Part shown: piece after piece, positions 1-8,197 of the stretch
Position numbering within the stretch: the stretch's first letter is position 1
How the letters are laid out: each line of letters opens with the position of its first letter
Assembly (NCBI GenBank): GCA_016706545.1
Contig: JADJJK010000032.1
Coordinates: forward strand, 3,117-35,116
Source of the DNA: Myxococcales bacterium
GTDB lineage: Bacteria; Myxococcota_A; Polyangia; Haliangiales; Haliangiaceae
Length of the DNA: 32,000 bases
Reading direction: 5' to 3'
Position numbers and translations under genes: made by a program
The notes under the pieces: model-generated
What the model saw: only the letters and a program-made list of their open reading frames with translations
The model's database searches: none
What the model was told of the DNA's origin: nothing

Positions 1-844
1 GGCGGCTGCCAGGGCCCGTGCGCCTTGACGTAGTACGTGTTGGGAAAGGGCCAGCCGTAGTACCAGAGCCGCCAGAGCTGATGCGGCCCCCACAGCGCGA
101 TGAACCCAAGCAACGCCAGCCGCTGCGCGCGCGGCACCAGCGCCGCCGCGACGCCGCGCAGCGTCGCTCGCTCGACAGAGGGCACCACAGAGGGCGCAGC
201 AGTCGGCACCGCAGCGCGCGCCCCCCGACGCCAGGCCGCCAGGTTTGCCACGGTGAGACAGAGCGCCAGCACCGCCGCCAGCAAGAGGCCCTCTGGGCGG
301 GTCAGCGCCGCGGCCCCCACCAGGCCGCCGAGCGAAAGCCAGCTTCGGGCGGCGCGCCGGTCCTGCGCCGCGGAGCGCTCCGCCGCCACCGCGAGCTGAG
401 AGAAGGCCCCCAGGCACAGCAGGCAGAAGAGCTGGGTCTCGAGCCCGCCTGAGCTCCAGCACGCGAACCCTGACGACAGCGCCAAAAAGACCGGCGGCAG
501 CGCGGCCCACGCCGTGCTCCGCGGGACCATCCGCGCGGTCAACCGGTACACCACCACCAGCGTGCCGACGCCACACGCGGTGCCAAGCACTCGCGAGGCC
601 AGCTCCGGGCTGATCCCCAGCGCGTGCAGCGCGGCCAAAAGCACGGTCCACGAGAAGTTGCTGTAGCCCTCGACGCGGTCGCCGAGGTTGTAGGTCAGCT
701 CGCCGTGCTCGGCGAGGTTGCGCGAATACACGAACGAGATGAAGGCATCGTCGGTGACGAAGTTGTAGCGCAGCGAGTGCCAGATCAAGAGCACGACCGC
801 GCCCACCAGCGCGCCCGCCGCGAGGTTGCGCCGAAGGGCTTCAT
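1..844 (-). CDS. GT-C-fold polytopic membrane glycosyltransferase (arabinofuranosyl/mannosyl-transferase-like). The C-terminal part lies beyond the window start and the N-terminus is uncertain.
   Basis: Not in the ORF track because it has no stop inside the window. My reverse-strand translation reads ...RRNLAAGALVGAVVLLIWHSLRYNFVTDDAFISFVYSRNLAEHGELTYNLGDRVEGYSNFSWTVLLAALHALGISPELASRVLGTACGVGTLVVVY...LWGPHQLWRLWYYGWPFPNTYYVKAHGPWQ. Third positions are G/C-saturated. The first TM helix is followed by an acidic DD loop motif, as in GT-C enzymes. ATG 844-842 (MKPF) is 1 nt out of frame with the body (junction ~831-835, at a C/G run). In-frame alternative starts are TTG 1004, GTG 1040 and GTG 1073. 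Confidence 0.7.
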
Positions 845-1189
845 GGAGAGGGCGCGACCGCAGACCAGGGGCTGCGCCCGCCGATGACGGCGCCGATGAC
901 GGCGCTGGCGGACCTGACGGCGGCGCGCAGCCGACGCGGACGGCGCGGACGGCGCGGACGCCTCGGACGCCGCGGCCGAGGTCACGACCGCCAAGCCAAG
1001 CCAACGCATCGCGAGACGCACCACGGCCGCACCTTACCACCGCGCTGCGCGGCCCAGCCGCCGCGGGCGCCACGGCCGCCGCGGGCTCCGCGGGCGCCGC
1101 GGACGCCGCGGGCGCACGGCCAGGCTAGCTGCGCTGTGGCGGCCACGCCAGGGTGAGTCGGCCACGCAAGTGCGCTACCCTGGCAACGA

Positions 1190-2292
1190 ATGGATCCCGA
1201 GCCCGGCACGCCGCCGCCTGAGCCCGCGCTCGCGCCGACCGACCGCGACTCCCCGCGGCTCGCGCACGTGCTCGCGCTGGGGGCCATCGCCGGCCTCTTG
1301 GGCGGCGCCGCTGCTGGCGCCATCGACGCGCTGTGGTCGTGGCGCGCAGCGGCGCAGTTCTTGGCGGGGGGCACGGCGCGCCTGCGGCTCGTGGTCTTCT
1401 GCGCCAGCGCTTACGCCGCGGTCGGCGCCGTGTCCGCGGCTGGACTTGCTCTCACGTCGACGGCGTTCTTGCGCGGCACGCGGCTGGAGCGCTGCTACAG
1501 TTTGCGCGCGCGGCGCACGAGGCCCGGCGGGCCCGAGCGCCAGAGCTGGCGGTCACCGGGCTTTCGCTGGTGCTCGCCGGCGCGCCGGCGCTGGCGCTGG
1601 CGCTCGCCGCCGCCCATCGGCTCGCCGTGCCCATGCTGGCGCGGCGCAATCCAGAGCTTCTGGTGGCCACCATCTTGCTCATCGCGCTGGGCGCCGTGCT
1701 TTGCGCCGCGGTGGTGGCGCTGCTGGCCGGCCGCGCCCTGGAGTTGCCGCTCGCGGCGCTGGCGCGACGACCGTGGCTTGGCCGCGCGATCACCGCCTCC
1801 TCGGCGCCGCTGTGGGCGGCGGCGGCGTTGACCGCAGCGGGCGGCGCGCTGCTCCTGTGGCGGCGCTGGGAGACCGCCCGCCTGTTGCCGCTGCGCCCGG
1901 CCGCGGCGGTGCTCCTCCTGGCGGTGCTGACCCTCTCCGCCGCGCCGCTGGCGCGCGGGCTACTCTCGTGGGCGCGCGGGCGCAGGCGCTGGTGGCTGCT
2001 GCTGTTCGCCGCGCTGCCGCTGGTGGGGATCTGGCGCTGCGGCGACTCCCCCGCGGTCATCAAGGCGGCCACCGCGTACAGTGGCCTGGGTGGGCCGATC
2101 GCGCGCGGGCTGCGCTGGGCGCTGGACCGCGACCGCGATGGCTACTCGCCGCTCCTGGGCGGCGGCGATTGCGACGATGGCGATGCCAGGGTCTTCCCCG
2201 GGGCCCAGGAGGTCTCGGGAGACGGCATCGATCAGAACTGTCTGGCCGGAGACGCCGCTCGGCGAGTCCGCCCCACGAGCTGCGCTGGGTGA
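1190..2292 (+). CDS. Polytopic membrane protein or domain ending in an Asp/Cys-rich MopE-like putative metal-binding motif. The reading frame breaks once near 1485-1492.
   Basis: The ATG 1190 frame gives MDPEPGTPPPEP...HVLALGAIAGLLGGAAAGAIDALWSW...VVFCASAYAAVGAVSAAGLALTSTAFLRGTRL with GC3 bias, then becomes Arg-rich nonsense. The hydrophobic, GC3-biased reading continues one frame over in ORF 1333..2292 (...ALLQFARAAHEA...LVATILLIALGAVLCAAVVALLAG...WWLLLFAALPLVGIW). The motif DRDRDGYSPLLGGGDCDDGDARVFPGAQEVSGDGIDQNC lies at 2125-2241. Stop TGA is at 2290-2292. Confidence 0.55.
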
Positions 2293-3926
2293 CGTCACCA
2301 GCGACGGTCCCCGCGGACGCCAACGTGCTGCTCTTGACCATCGACACCTTGCGCGCCGATCACCTGGGCGCCTACGGCTATGGGCGCGCCACCTCTCCCG
2401 CCATCGACCGCGTGGCGGCTGACGGCACGGTGTTCGAGAACGCCTGGGCGCACGCCCCCTCCACCCGCTATTCGATGCCCGCGATCTTGACCGGGCGGCT
2501 GCCGCTTCAGGTCGCGTACGACACCTCGATCGAGGGCTGGCCTGGCCTGGCGCCCGAGGCGATCACGATCGCCGAGGTCCTGCGCACCGCGGGCCTGGTC
2601 ACCGGCGCCATCACCAACTACTGGTACTTCGACGCGCACAGAGGCATGGACCAGGGCGTTGACGAGTACGACAACGACAACGCGCGCCTGCACGCCGCCG
2701 TCGCCGGGCAAGGGCCGGCCGCCACCCGCGGCAGCTCGTCTCGCGAGCAGACGGACAAGGCGCTGGCCTTCGTCGACAGGCACGCGCAGAAGCGCTGGTT
2801 CCTCTGGGTTCACTACTATGACCCGCACTACGAGTACGAGCCCCACCCTGACAGCGTCGGCTTTGGTAGCTCGCGCGTGGACCGCTACGACGGCGAGATC
2901 CGCTTCACCGACGATCACGTGGGGCGCCTCATCGAGGACCTGCGCCGCCGCGGCCTGTACGACCGGACGATCATCGCCATCACCGGCGATCACGGCGAGG
3001 GCTTCGGCGAGCACGGCGTGGATCTGCACGGCTATCACCTGTACGCGCCGCAGACCAAGGTGCCGCTCATCGTGCGAGTGCCAGGGCTGCCGGCGCGCCG
3101 CAGCACCACGGTCGCAGGCCACGTCGATCTGCTGCCCACGCTCGCCAACCTGACCGGCGCCGCCGCGCCCACCGCGAGCGGCGCGCCGCACGAGCTCTTG
3201 GCCGCGGCCATGGGCCAGTCGCTGGTGGAGATCTTGGCCGGCGGCCCGGAGCGCGACCGCACGCTCTGGCAGCAGCTCTCCTACGAGGGCAACCATGAGC
3301 TGCGCGGCGCGGTCACCCGCGAGTGTCACGTGCTCTACCAGGCCAGCCCCGCCACGAGCTGGGAGGCCTACCGCCTGGATCGCGACCCGCAGGAGGAGGA
3401 GCGAGACGTGGCGGGCAGCGACGAGTGCAGGCAGGTGAGGCAGGAGCTGGCGCGCTGGTACGACGCCAGCGGCGGGCCGGCGGCGGAGGCGAAGGTGGAG
3501 ATCTTGCCAGCGCGGCCGGACCTGACCGCCCCGCTCCTCCTGGAGCTAGGGAGCGGCGTGCGGCTCCTGGAGCTGCGCGCGCCCGCCAAGGTGCGAGCCA
3601 AGGACGTGGTGGAGCTGCGCTGGACGTTCGAGTCGCTGGCGCCGATGCCCGCTGGCTGGAAGGTCTTCGTCCACGTCGAGGGCCCGAGCCGCTTCACCGG
3701 AGATCACGCGCCGCCGCGACCGCTCGAGTGGTGGCAGCCCGGGCAGTTCGTGCAGTACTCCACCACGTTGCGGGTGCCGGCGAGCGCGCCCGCCGGGAGC
3801 TACACGGTGTGGGTGGGCCTCTGGAAAGGCGCGGCGCGGCAGCCGGTACGACGATCGCCCGGCGCGCCGACGCTGCGCATCGAGCAAGATCGAGCGGCGG
3901 TGGCGACGCTGGAGCTGACGCCGTGA
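2289..3926 (+). CDS. Sulfatase-like hydrolase/transferase (alkaline-phosphatase superfamily)
   Basis: Only the part of ORF 1170..3926 from ~2289 onward is protein-like: ANVLLLTIDTLRADHLGAYGYGRATSPAIDRVAADGTVFENAWAHAPSTRYSMPAILTGRLP...WFLWVHYYDPHYEYEPH...IIAITGDHGEGFGEHGVDLHGYHLY. These are Sulfatase-family (PF00884) hallmarks. GTG 2289 overlaps the upstream stop (GTGA). This start gives no signal peptide, so the region may instead be the C-terminal domain of a 1190..3926 fusion. Confidence 0.85.
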   Translation: MTSPATVPADANVLLLTIDTLRADHLGAYGYGRATSPAIDRVAADGTVFENAWAHAPSTRYSMPAILTGRLPLQVAYDTSIEGWPGLAPEAITIAEVLRTAGLVTGAITNYWYFDAHRGMDQGVDEYDNDNARLHAAVAGQGPAATRGSSSREQTDKALAFVDRHAQKRWFLWVHYYDPHYEYEPHPDSVGFGSSRVDRYDGEIRFTDDHVGRLIEDLRRRGLYDRTIIAITGDHGEGFGEHGVDLHGYHLYAPQTKVPLIVRVPGLPARRSTTVAGHVDLLPTLANLTGAAAPTASGAPHELLAAAMGQSLVEILAGGPERDRTLWQQLSYEGNHELRGAVTRECHVLYQASPATSWEAYRLDRDPQEEERDVAGSDECRQVRQELARWYDASGGPAAEAKVEILPARPDLTAPLLLELGSGVRLLELRAPAKVRAKDVVELRWTFESLAPMPAGWKVFVHVEGPSRFTGDHAPPRPLEWWQPGQFVQYSTTLRVPASAPAGSYTVWVGLWKGAARQPVRRSPGAPTLRIEQDRAAVATLELTP

Positions 3927-4113
3927 CGACCGCGCCGACGACCGAGGCGACGACCGAGGCGACGAACGAGGCGACGACCGCGCCAGGCACGCCGACGACG
4001 ACGCCGACGGCGCCGTCGACCGCGCCGTCGACCGCGCGCTCGGCCTGGGCGCGATCGCGCTGGCGGCGCTGGCGGCGTGGGCGGCGTGGCGCAGCGCTGG
4101 CGCGGCGGCCGGC

Positions 4114-4824
4114 GTGCCCGACGACGCCACCTGGCGCCGCGCCGCCGCCTTCGTGCGCGAGCGCGCGCGGCCGGGCGACCTCATCACCTTCGCGCCGTCG
4201 TGGATCGACCCCGTGGGCCGCCTGCACCTGGGCGAGCACCTCTCGCTCGAGGACGCCGGGCGCGCCGACGCCGCCCGCTACGCCCGCGTCTGGGTGCTGT
4301 CGATCCGCGACGCCAGCTCTGCCGACGTGGCGGGGGAGCGGCCAGCCCTGACCTCTCGTCTCGACGGGATCTTGGTGCGACGCTACGACCGCACCGCCGC
4401 CGTGATCGTCGAGGACGCAGCGCGCTCCCTGCCCACGGCGCAGGTCACCGGCGACGTGGCGAGCGGCCCGCAGGTGGTGCTGGCCGAGGTCGGGTTCACG
4501 CCGCGGCGCTGCGTCCAGGTCGTCCCCGCCGCCGGCGGCGCGGTGCGCATCACCTTCCCGCGCTTCGCGCTGGGCTCCCAGCTCGTGGCGTACGCCGGGC
4601 TCGCGGACGTCTTCACCCGTCGAGACATCCGCGAGCCGGGGCGGCTGGAGCTTGAGCTCGCAGGTCAGGTCATCGCAGCGCGCGAGCTGGGCGTGGACGA
4701 TGGCTGGGTCCGGCTCCAGGCCAGGACCACGCCCGGCGTCGCCGAGCTCACGGTGATCGCCCGGGCGCCCTCGCCGCGCGCGCACCGCCGCCAGATCTGC
4801 TTCGCGGTGGAGAGCCGCCGATGA
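4114..4824 (+). CDS. Hypothetical protein of the glycosyltransferase operon (no family recognised); may extend upstream to 3923
   Basis: Present in the ORF track and GC3-biased. It has an ATGA stop/start overlap with the next gene (4821-4824). The same frame upstream has no ATG/GTG/TTG but encodes a TM-like helix LGLGAIALAALAAWAAW (4039-4089). GTG 3923 overlaps the sulfatase stop (GTGA) and opens a Thr/Pro-rich frame that is 1 nt off. Confidence 0.65.
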   Translation: MPDDATWRRAAAFVRERARPGDLITFAPSWIDPVGRLHLGEHLSLEDAGRADAARYARVWVLSIRDASSADVAGERPALTSRLDGILVRRYDRTAAVIVEDAARSLPTAQVTGDVASGPQVVLAEVGFTPRRCVQVVPAAGGAVRITFPRFALGSQLVAYAGLADVFTRRDIREPGRLELELAGQVIAARELGVDDGWVRLQARTTPGVAELTVIARAPSPRAHRRQICFAVESRR

Positions 4825-6626
4825 GCCCGGCCCCTCGGCGACCACCCGCCACGCCCCTGCAAGTGCGGCTCTGCTGCCTGGCGCTCGGGCTGGTGGCCAC
4901 GTTCACCGTCTTGCACAACCAGCGCCAGGTGGGCATCGCGCGCGACGAGACCGTGTACTTCGCGCACGGCTCGCAGTACGCGGCGTGGTGGCGCGGGGTG
5001 ATGAGCGGACAGCGCGAGCTTGGCGAGGCGTCGATCACCGCGACCTTCGGCGGCCCGGGCGCCACGGACAACAACCGAGAGCATCCGCCGCTCATCAAGA
5101 CGGCGAGCGGGATGAGCGAGCACTGGCTGCATGATCGGCTCGGCCTGCTCGATGAGCTCACCGCGTACCGGCTGCCGTCCGCCGTGCTGCACGGCCTGCT
5201 GGTGGCGCTGGTCGCCGCGTTCGCCAGCGGCGCGTGGGGGCTCCTCGCTGGTGTGGTGTCCGCGCTGGCCATGTTGCTGATGCCGCGCGCGCTGTTTCAC
5301 GCCGGCCTGGCCTGCTTCGACGGCCCCATCACCGCCTTGTGGTTCGCCACGCTGTGGGCCTATCACCGCGCGCTGACCTCGCCCCGGGTCGCGTGGCTCG
5401 CCGGCGCGCTGTTTGGCCTGGCGCTCGCCACCAAGCACAACGCGCTGCTGTTGCCGCTGGCGCTGGCCCCCCACTACCTCGCGGTGAGCTGGCGCGCCGG
5501 GCTGCGCCGCCGCTTGTACCTGCCGCTGTCGTTTGCCGTGCTGGGACCGCTGGTGCTGGTGGCGCTGTGGCCCTGGCTGTGGTTCGAGCCGCTGCCCCAC
5601 CTCTGGCAGTGGATCTCGTTTCACGCCCACCACGTCCACTACAACTTCGAGTACCTGGGGCAAAACTTCAACGCGCCGCCCTTCCCGTGGCACGTGGCGC
5701 TGGTGACCACCGCCCTGACCGTGCCGGTGGCCACGCTCGGCGCGGCCACCGCGGGGGTCCTGGTCCTTGCATCGCGCACGCTGAGCGCCCGCGCCGCGCG
5801 CAGCGCCGAGGCGGTGGCGGAGCGGCCAGCCTTGTTGCTGCTGCTGTCGGCCGCCGCCGCGATGGGCCCCTTCTTCTTGCGCACCACGCCGATCTTTGGC
5901 GCCGAGAAGCACTGGGAGCCCGCGATGCCCAGTCTGTGCATCGCCGCCGGGGTCGGGCTGGTCGCGCTGGCGCGTGGCGCGGCGCGCGCGCTCGTGGCGT
6001 GGTGGCCCGCGCGCTGGCCCGCGCTACCGCGCTCACGGACCGAGACCGTCCTCTGCGCGGCGCTGGCGGCGGTAGTGCTCGGCTCGGCCGCGGTGGAGAC
6101 GTTCCACCCGCAGCCCTATGGGCTCACCGCGTACAACGCGCTGGCTGGCGGAGCCCCCGGCGCCGCCGACCTGGGCATGAACCGCCAGTTCTGGGGCGTG
6201 GCCGCGCGCGGCGCGCTGCCGGAGCTCGCGCGCCTGGCTGCGGCGCCGGACCGCACCACCGCGGTCTACAGTCACGACGCTTCTCCGGCCTGGCGCCGCT
6301 ATCAGGCGCTGGGCCTCGTGCCGGCGAACCTGCCCGACGCAGGCCCGGAGCTGTCGGGCATCGAGCGCAGCGAGCTGGCGCTGGTGGTGCATGAACGCCA
6401 CTTCGCGCGCCACGACTTCATGATCTGGCAGGCGTACGGCACGGTGGCGCCGGTGTTCGTGCTGCGCCTGGACGGCGTGCCGCTGGTCTCGGTGTATCGC
6501 CGGCCGCGACCCGCCCAGGCGCCGCCGCAGCCGGCCTCCCCGCCGCCGCAGCAGCAGCCGCCGGCCTCCCCGCAGCCGCAGCCGGCCTCCCCGCAGCAGC
6601 CGCAGCCGGCCTCCTCGCCACGGTAG
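4821..6626 (+). CDS. GT-C glycosyltransferase of the PMT/ArnT type (GT39/GT83-like, dolichyl/polyprenyl-phosphate-sugar dependent)
   Basis: 601-aa ORF with about 12 hydrophobic segments. An acidic loop motif follows TM1: IARDETVYFAHG (RDE at 4941-4949), similar to the DE motif of protein O-mannosyltransferases. Also ...EHPPLIK...LAGVVSALAMLLMPRALFH...ALATKHNALLLPLAL. The C-terminal tail is Pro/Gln-rich and repetitive. Confidence 0.85.
   Translation: MSPAPRRPPATPLQVRLCCLALGLVATFTVLHNQRQVGIARDETVYFAHGSQYAAWWRGVMSGQRELGEASITATFGGPGATDNNREHPPLIKTASGMSEHWLHDRLGLLDELTAYRLPSAVLHGLLVALVAAFASGAWGLLAGVVSALAMLLMPRALFHAGLACFDGPITALWFATLWAYHRALTSPRVAWLAGALFGLALATKHNALLLPLALAPHYLAVSWRAGLRRRLYLPLSFAVLGPLVLVALWPWLWFEPLPHLWQWISFHAHHVHYNFEYLGQNFNAPPFPWHVALVTTALTVPVATLGAATAGVLVLASRTLSARAARSAEAVAERPALLLLLSAAAAMGPFFLRTTPIFGAEKHWEPAMPSLCIAAGVGLVALARGAARALVAWWPARWPALPRSRTETVLCAALAAVVLGSAAVETFHPQPYGLTAYNALAGGAPGAADLGMNRQFWGVAARGALPELARLAAAPDRTTAVYSHDASPAWRRYQALGLVPANLPDAGPELSGIERSELALVVHERHFARHDFMIWQAYGTVAPVFVLRLDGVPLVSVYRRPRPAQAPPQPASPPPQQQPPASPQPQPASPQQPQPASSPR
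6513..6623 (+). repeat. In-frame Pro/Gln/Ala/Ser low-complexity repeat at the C-terminus of the GT39-like protein
   Basis: The motif CAGCCGGCCTCC (QPAS) or close variants recurs at ~6528, ~6558, 6579 and 6603. Translation: AQAPPQPASPPPQQQPPASPQPQPASPQQPQPASSPR. Confidence 0.7.
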
Positions 6627-6703
6627 CGTTTGGGCGCCGCGCGGCTGACACCTTCCGCCGCCGCCGTGCTCCTGGGTCCCCGGCGTCCGGCAACTGCGGT
6701 ATC

Positions 6704-8110
6704 GTGCGCCCGTCGGTGCGTTCCCGAGCCACTTTGCTGCTGCTGTTTCTCGCCGGCCTGCTCGTCTATGGCGCGCTGGCCGGAGCTCGCCTGTGGCGCC
6801 CCTCCGCCGCGCCGCACTTCGTGGTGCAGGCGGATGCGTGGCTGCACGGTCGCAGCGAGATCGCTCCGCCGTGGCCCGGCGATGACTGGGCCAAGGTGGA
6901 GACCGTGCAGGTGCAAGGCGCGCAGGGCGCCGCCAACCGGATAGTGCGTGGCCGGCGCTTGCAGACCCGCTCGGTGTTCCGGACCACCGACGGTGAGCTA
7001 GTCCCGCTCGCGCAGCTCGGGCCAAGCCTCGGCGTCTCCACCTATGTCTCCTTTCCACCAGCGCCCACCCTGCTCATGCTGCCCTCGGCCCTGGTGTCCG
7101 GACGCCACGGCAACGACGTCATCCCCACCGTGATCATCGCCGCGCTGATCTTGCCGCTGGCGTTCTCCATGCTGCGCCGCCTGGCCGCCGCCGGCCTGTC
7201 GCAGCGCACGCCCGGCGAAGATCTGTGGTGGGTGGCGACCCTTGGGTTTGGCTCGGTGCTGCTGTTCTCCGCGGTGGGCGGCAAGGTCTGGTACACCGCC
7301 CACGTCCTTGGCGTGGCGCTGGCGCTGCTCTACGTCCGCGCCGCCATCGAGGCCAAGCACCCCTTGCTCGCGGGCCTGGCGCTGGGCGCCGCGGCGCTCA
7401 CCCGCACGCCCATGGCCTTCCTGGCGCCGCTGTTTCTGCTCGAGCTGTGGCGTCAGGGTGGCGGCGGCGCCCGCTTCGCGCAGGGCCAAGCGCAGCGCGT
7501 CGCGATGCTACGTGAGCTCGCGCCAGCGCTGGCGCGCTTCGCCGCCCCGGTGATCGCGCTCGCCGTCCTCGCCATGGCGTACAACCAGGCGCGCTTCGAC
7601 GCGCCGCTGGAGTTTGGCCACTCGTACCTCGACGTTCGGCAGCAACAGCAGATCGAGACCTTTGGCCTGTTCAGCTATCACTACCTGGCGAGAAACCTCG
7701 CGGTGGCGCTGACCCTGCTCCCGGAGCTGCGGGGGACGGCGCCCTGGGTGCAGATCGGAGGCCATGGCCTGGCGCTCTGGGTCACCACCCCCGTCCTCTT
7801 GCTGGCGCTGTGGCCGCGGCGAAAGACCGCCATCGACCGCGGCCTGCGGTGGACCGTGGCGGCAGTGGCGGTGCCGTCGCTGTTCTATCAGAACTCCGGC
7901 TGGGTCCAGTTTGGCTATCGCTTCAGCCTGGATTACCTCGTCTTGCTGATCGCGCTGCTGGCGGTTGGAGGACGGCCGCTGACCCGCCTGGCAAGAACTC
8001 TGATCCTCGTGGGCGTGGCCATCAACTTGTTCGGCGCCATCACCTTCGAGCGCATGCCGCAGTTCTACCGCTGGCACGGCGACGCTTACGGTGTGGTGGT
8101 CGCGCACTGA
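6704..8110 (+). CDS. Second GT-C-like polytopic membrane glycosyltransferase (ArnT/PMT-related; family not resolved)
   Basis: 468-aa ORF starting at GTG. TM1 is LLLLFLAGLLVYGALAGA, followed by an acidic loop HFVVQADAWLHG. Further motifs: ...YVSFPPAPTLLMLP...VIIAALILPLAF...WWVATLGFGSVLLFSAV...ALTRTPMAF...GYRFSLDYLVLLIALLAV. GC3 bias is strong. Confidence 0.75.
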   Translation: MRPSVRSRATLLLLFLAGLLVYGALAGARLWRPSAAPHFVVQADAWLHGRSEIAPPWPGDDWAKVETVQVQGAQGAANRIVRGRRLQTRSVFRTTDGELVPLAQLGPSLGVSTYVSFPPAPTLLMLPSALVSGRHGNDVIPTVIIAALILPLAFSMLRRLAAAGLSQRTPGEDLWWVATLGFGSVLLFSAVGGKVWYTAHVLGVALALLYVRAAIEAKHPLLAGLALGAAALTRTPMAFLAPLFLLELWRQGGGGARFAQGQAQRVAMLRELAPALARFAAPVIALAVLAMAYNQARFDAPLEFGHSYLDVRQQQQIETFGLFSYHYLARNLAVALTLLPELRGTAPWVQIGGHGLALWVTTPVLLLALWPRRKTAIDRGLRWTVAAVAVPSLFYQNSGWVQFGYRFSLDYLVLLIALLAVGGRPLTRLARTLILVGVAINLFGAITFERMPQFYRWHGDAYGVVVAH

Positions 8111-8197
8111 CCGGCCACCACGGCCGCTGCCGCCTTCCGCCGCCGGTGCCGAAACGGCGTGGCCAAGCCGCGCCGGGCGCGATAGGGTGAGCCCGAT

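Noticed and set aside
18-452. Plus-strand ORFs 18..452 and 100..399 (Arg/Ala-rich)
   Set aside because: They lie antisense to a clearly protein-like GT-C membrane protein on the minus strand. They have Arg-rich nonsense composition and no motif, so they are typical high-GC shadow ORFs.
1170-2288. N-terminal ~370 aa of the 918-aa ORF 1170..3926
   Set aside because: The sequence is Arg/Gly/Ala nonsense (MRYPGNEWIPSPARRRLSPRSRR...). The real coding signal in this interval is in the other two frames. Only the part from ~2289 (the sulfatase domain) is genuine in this frame.
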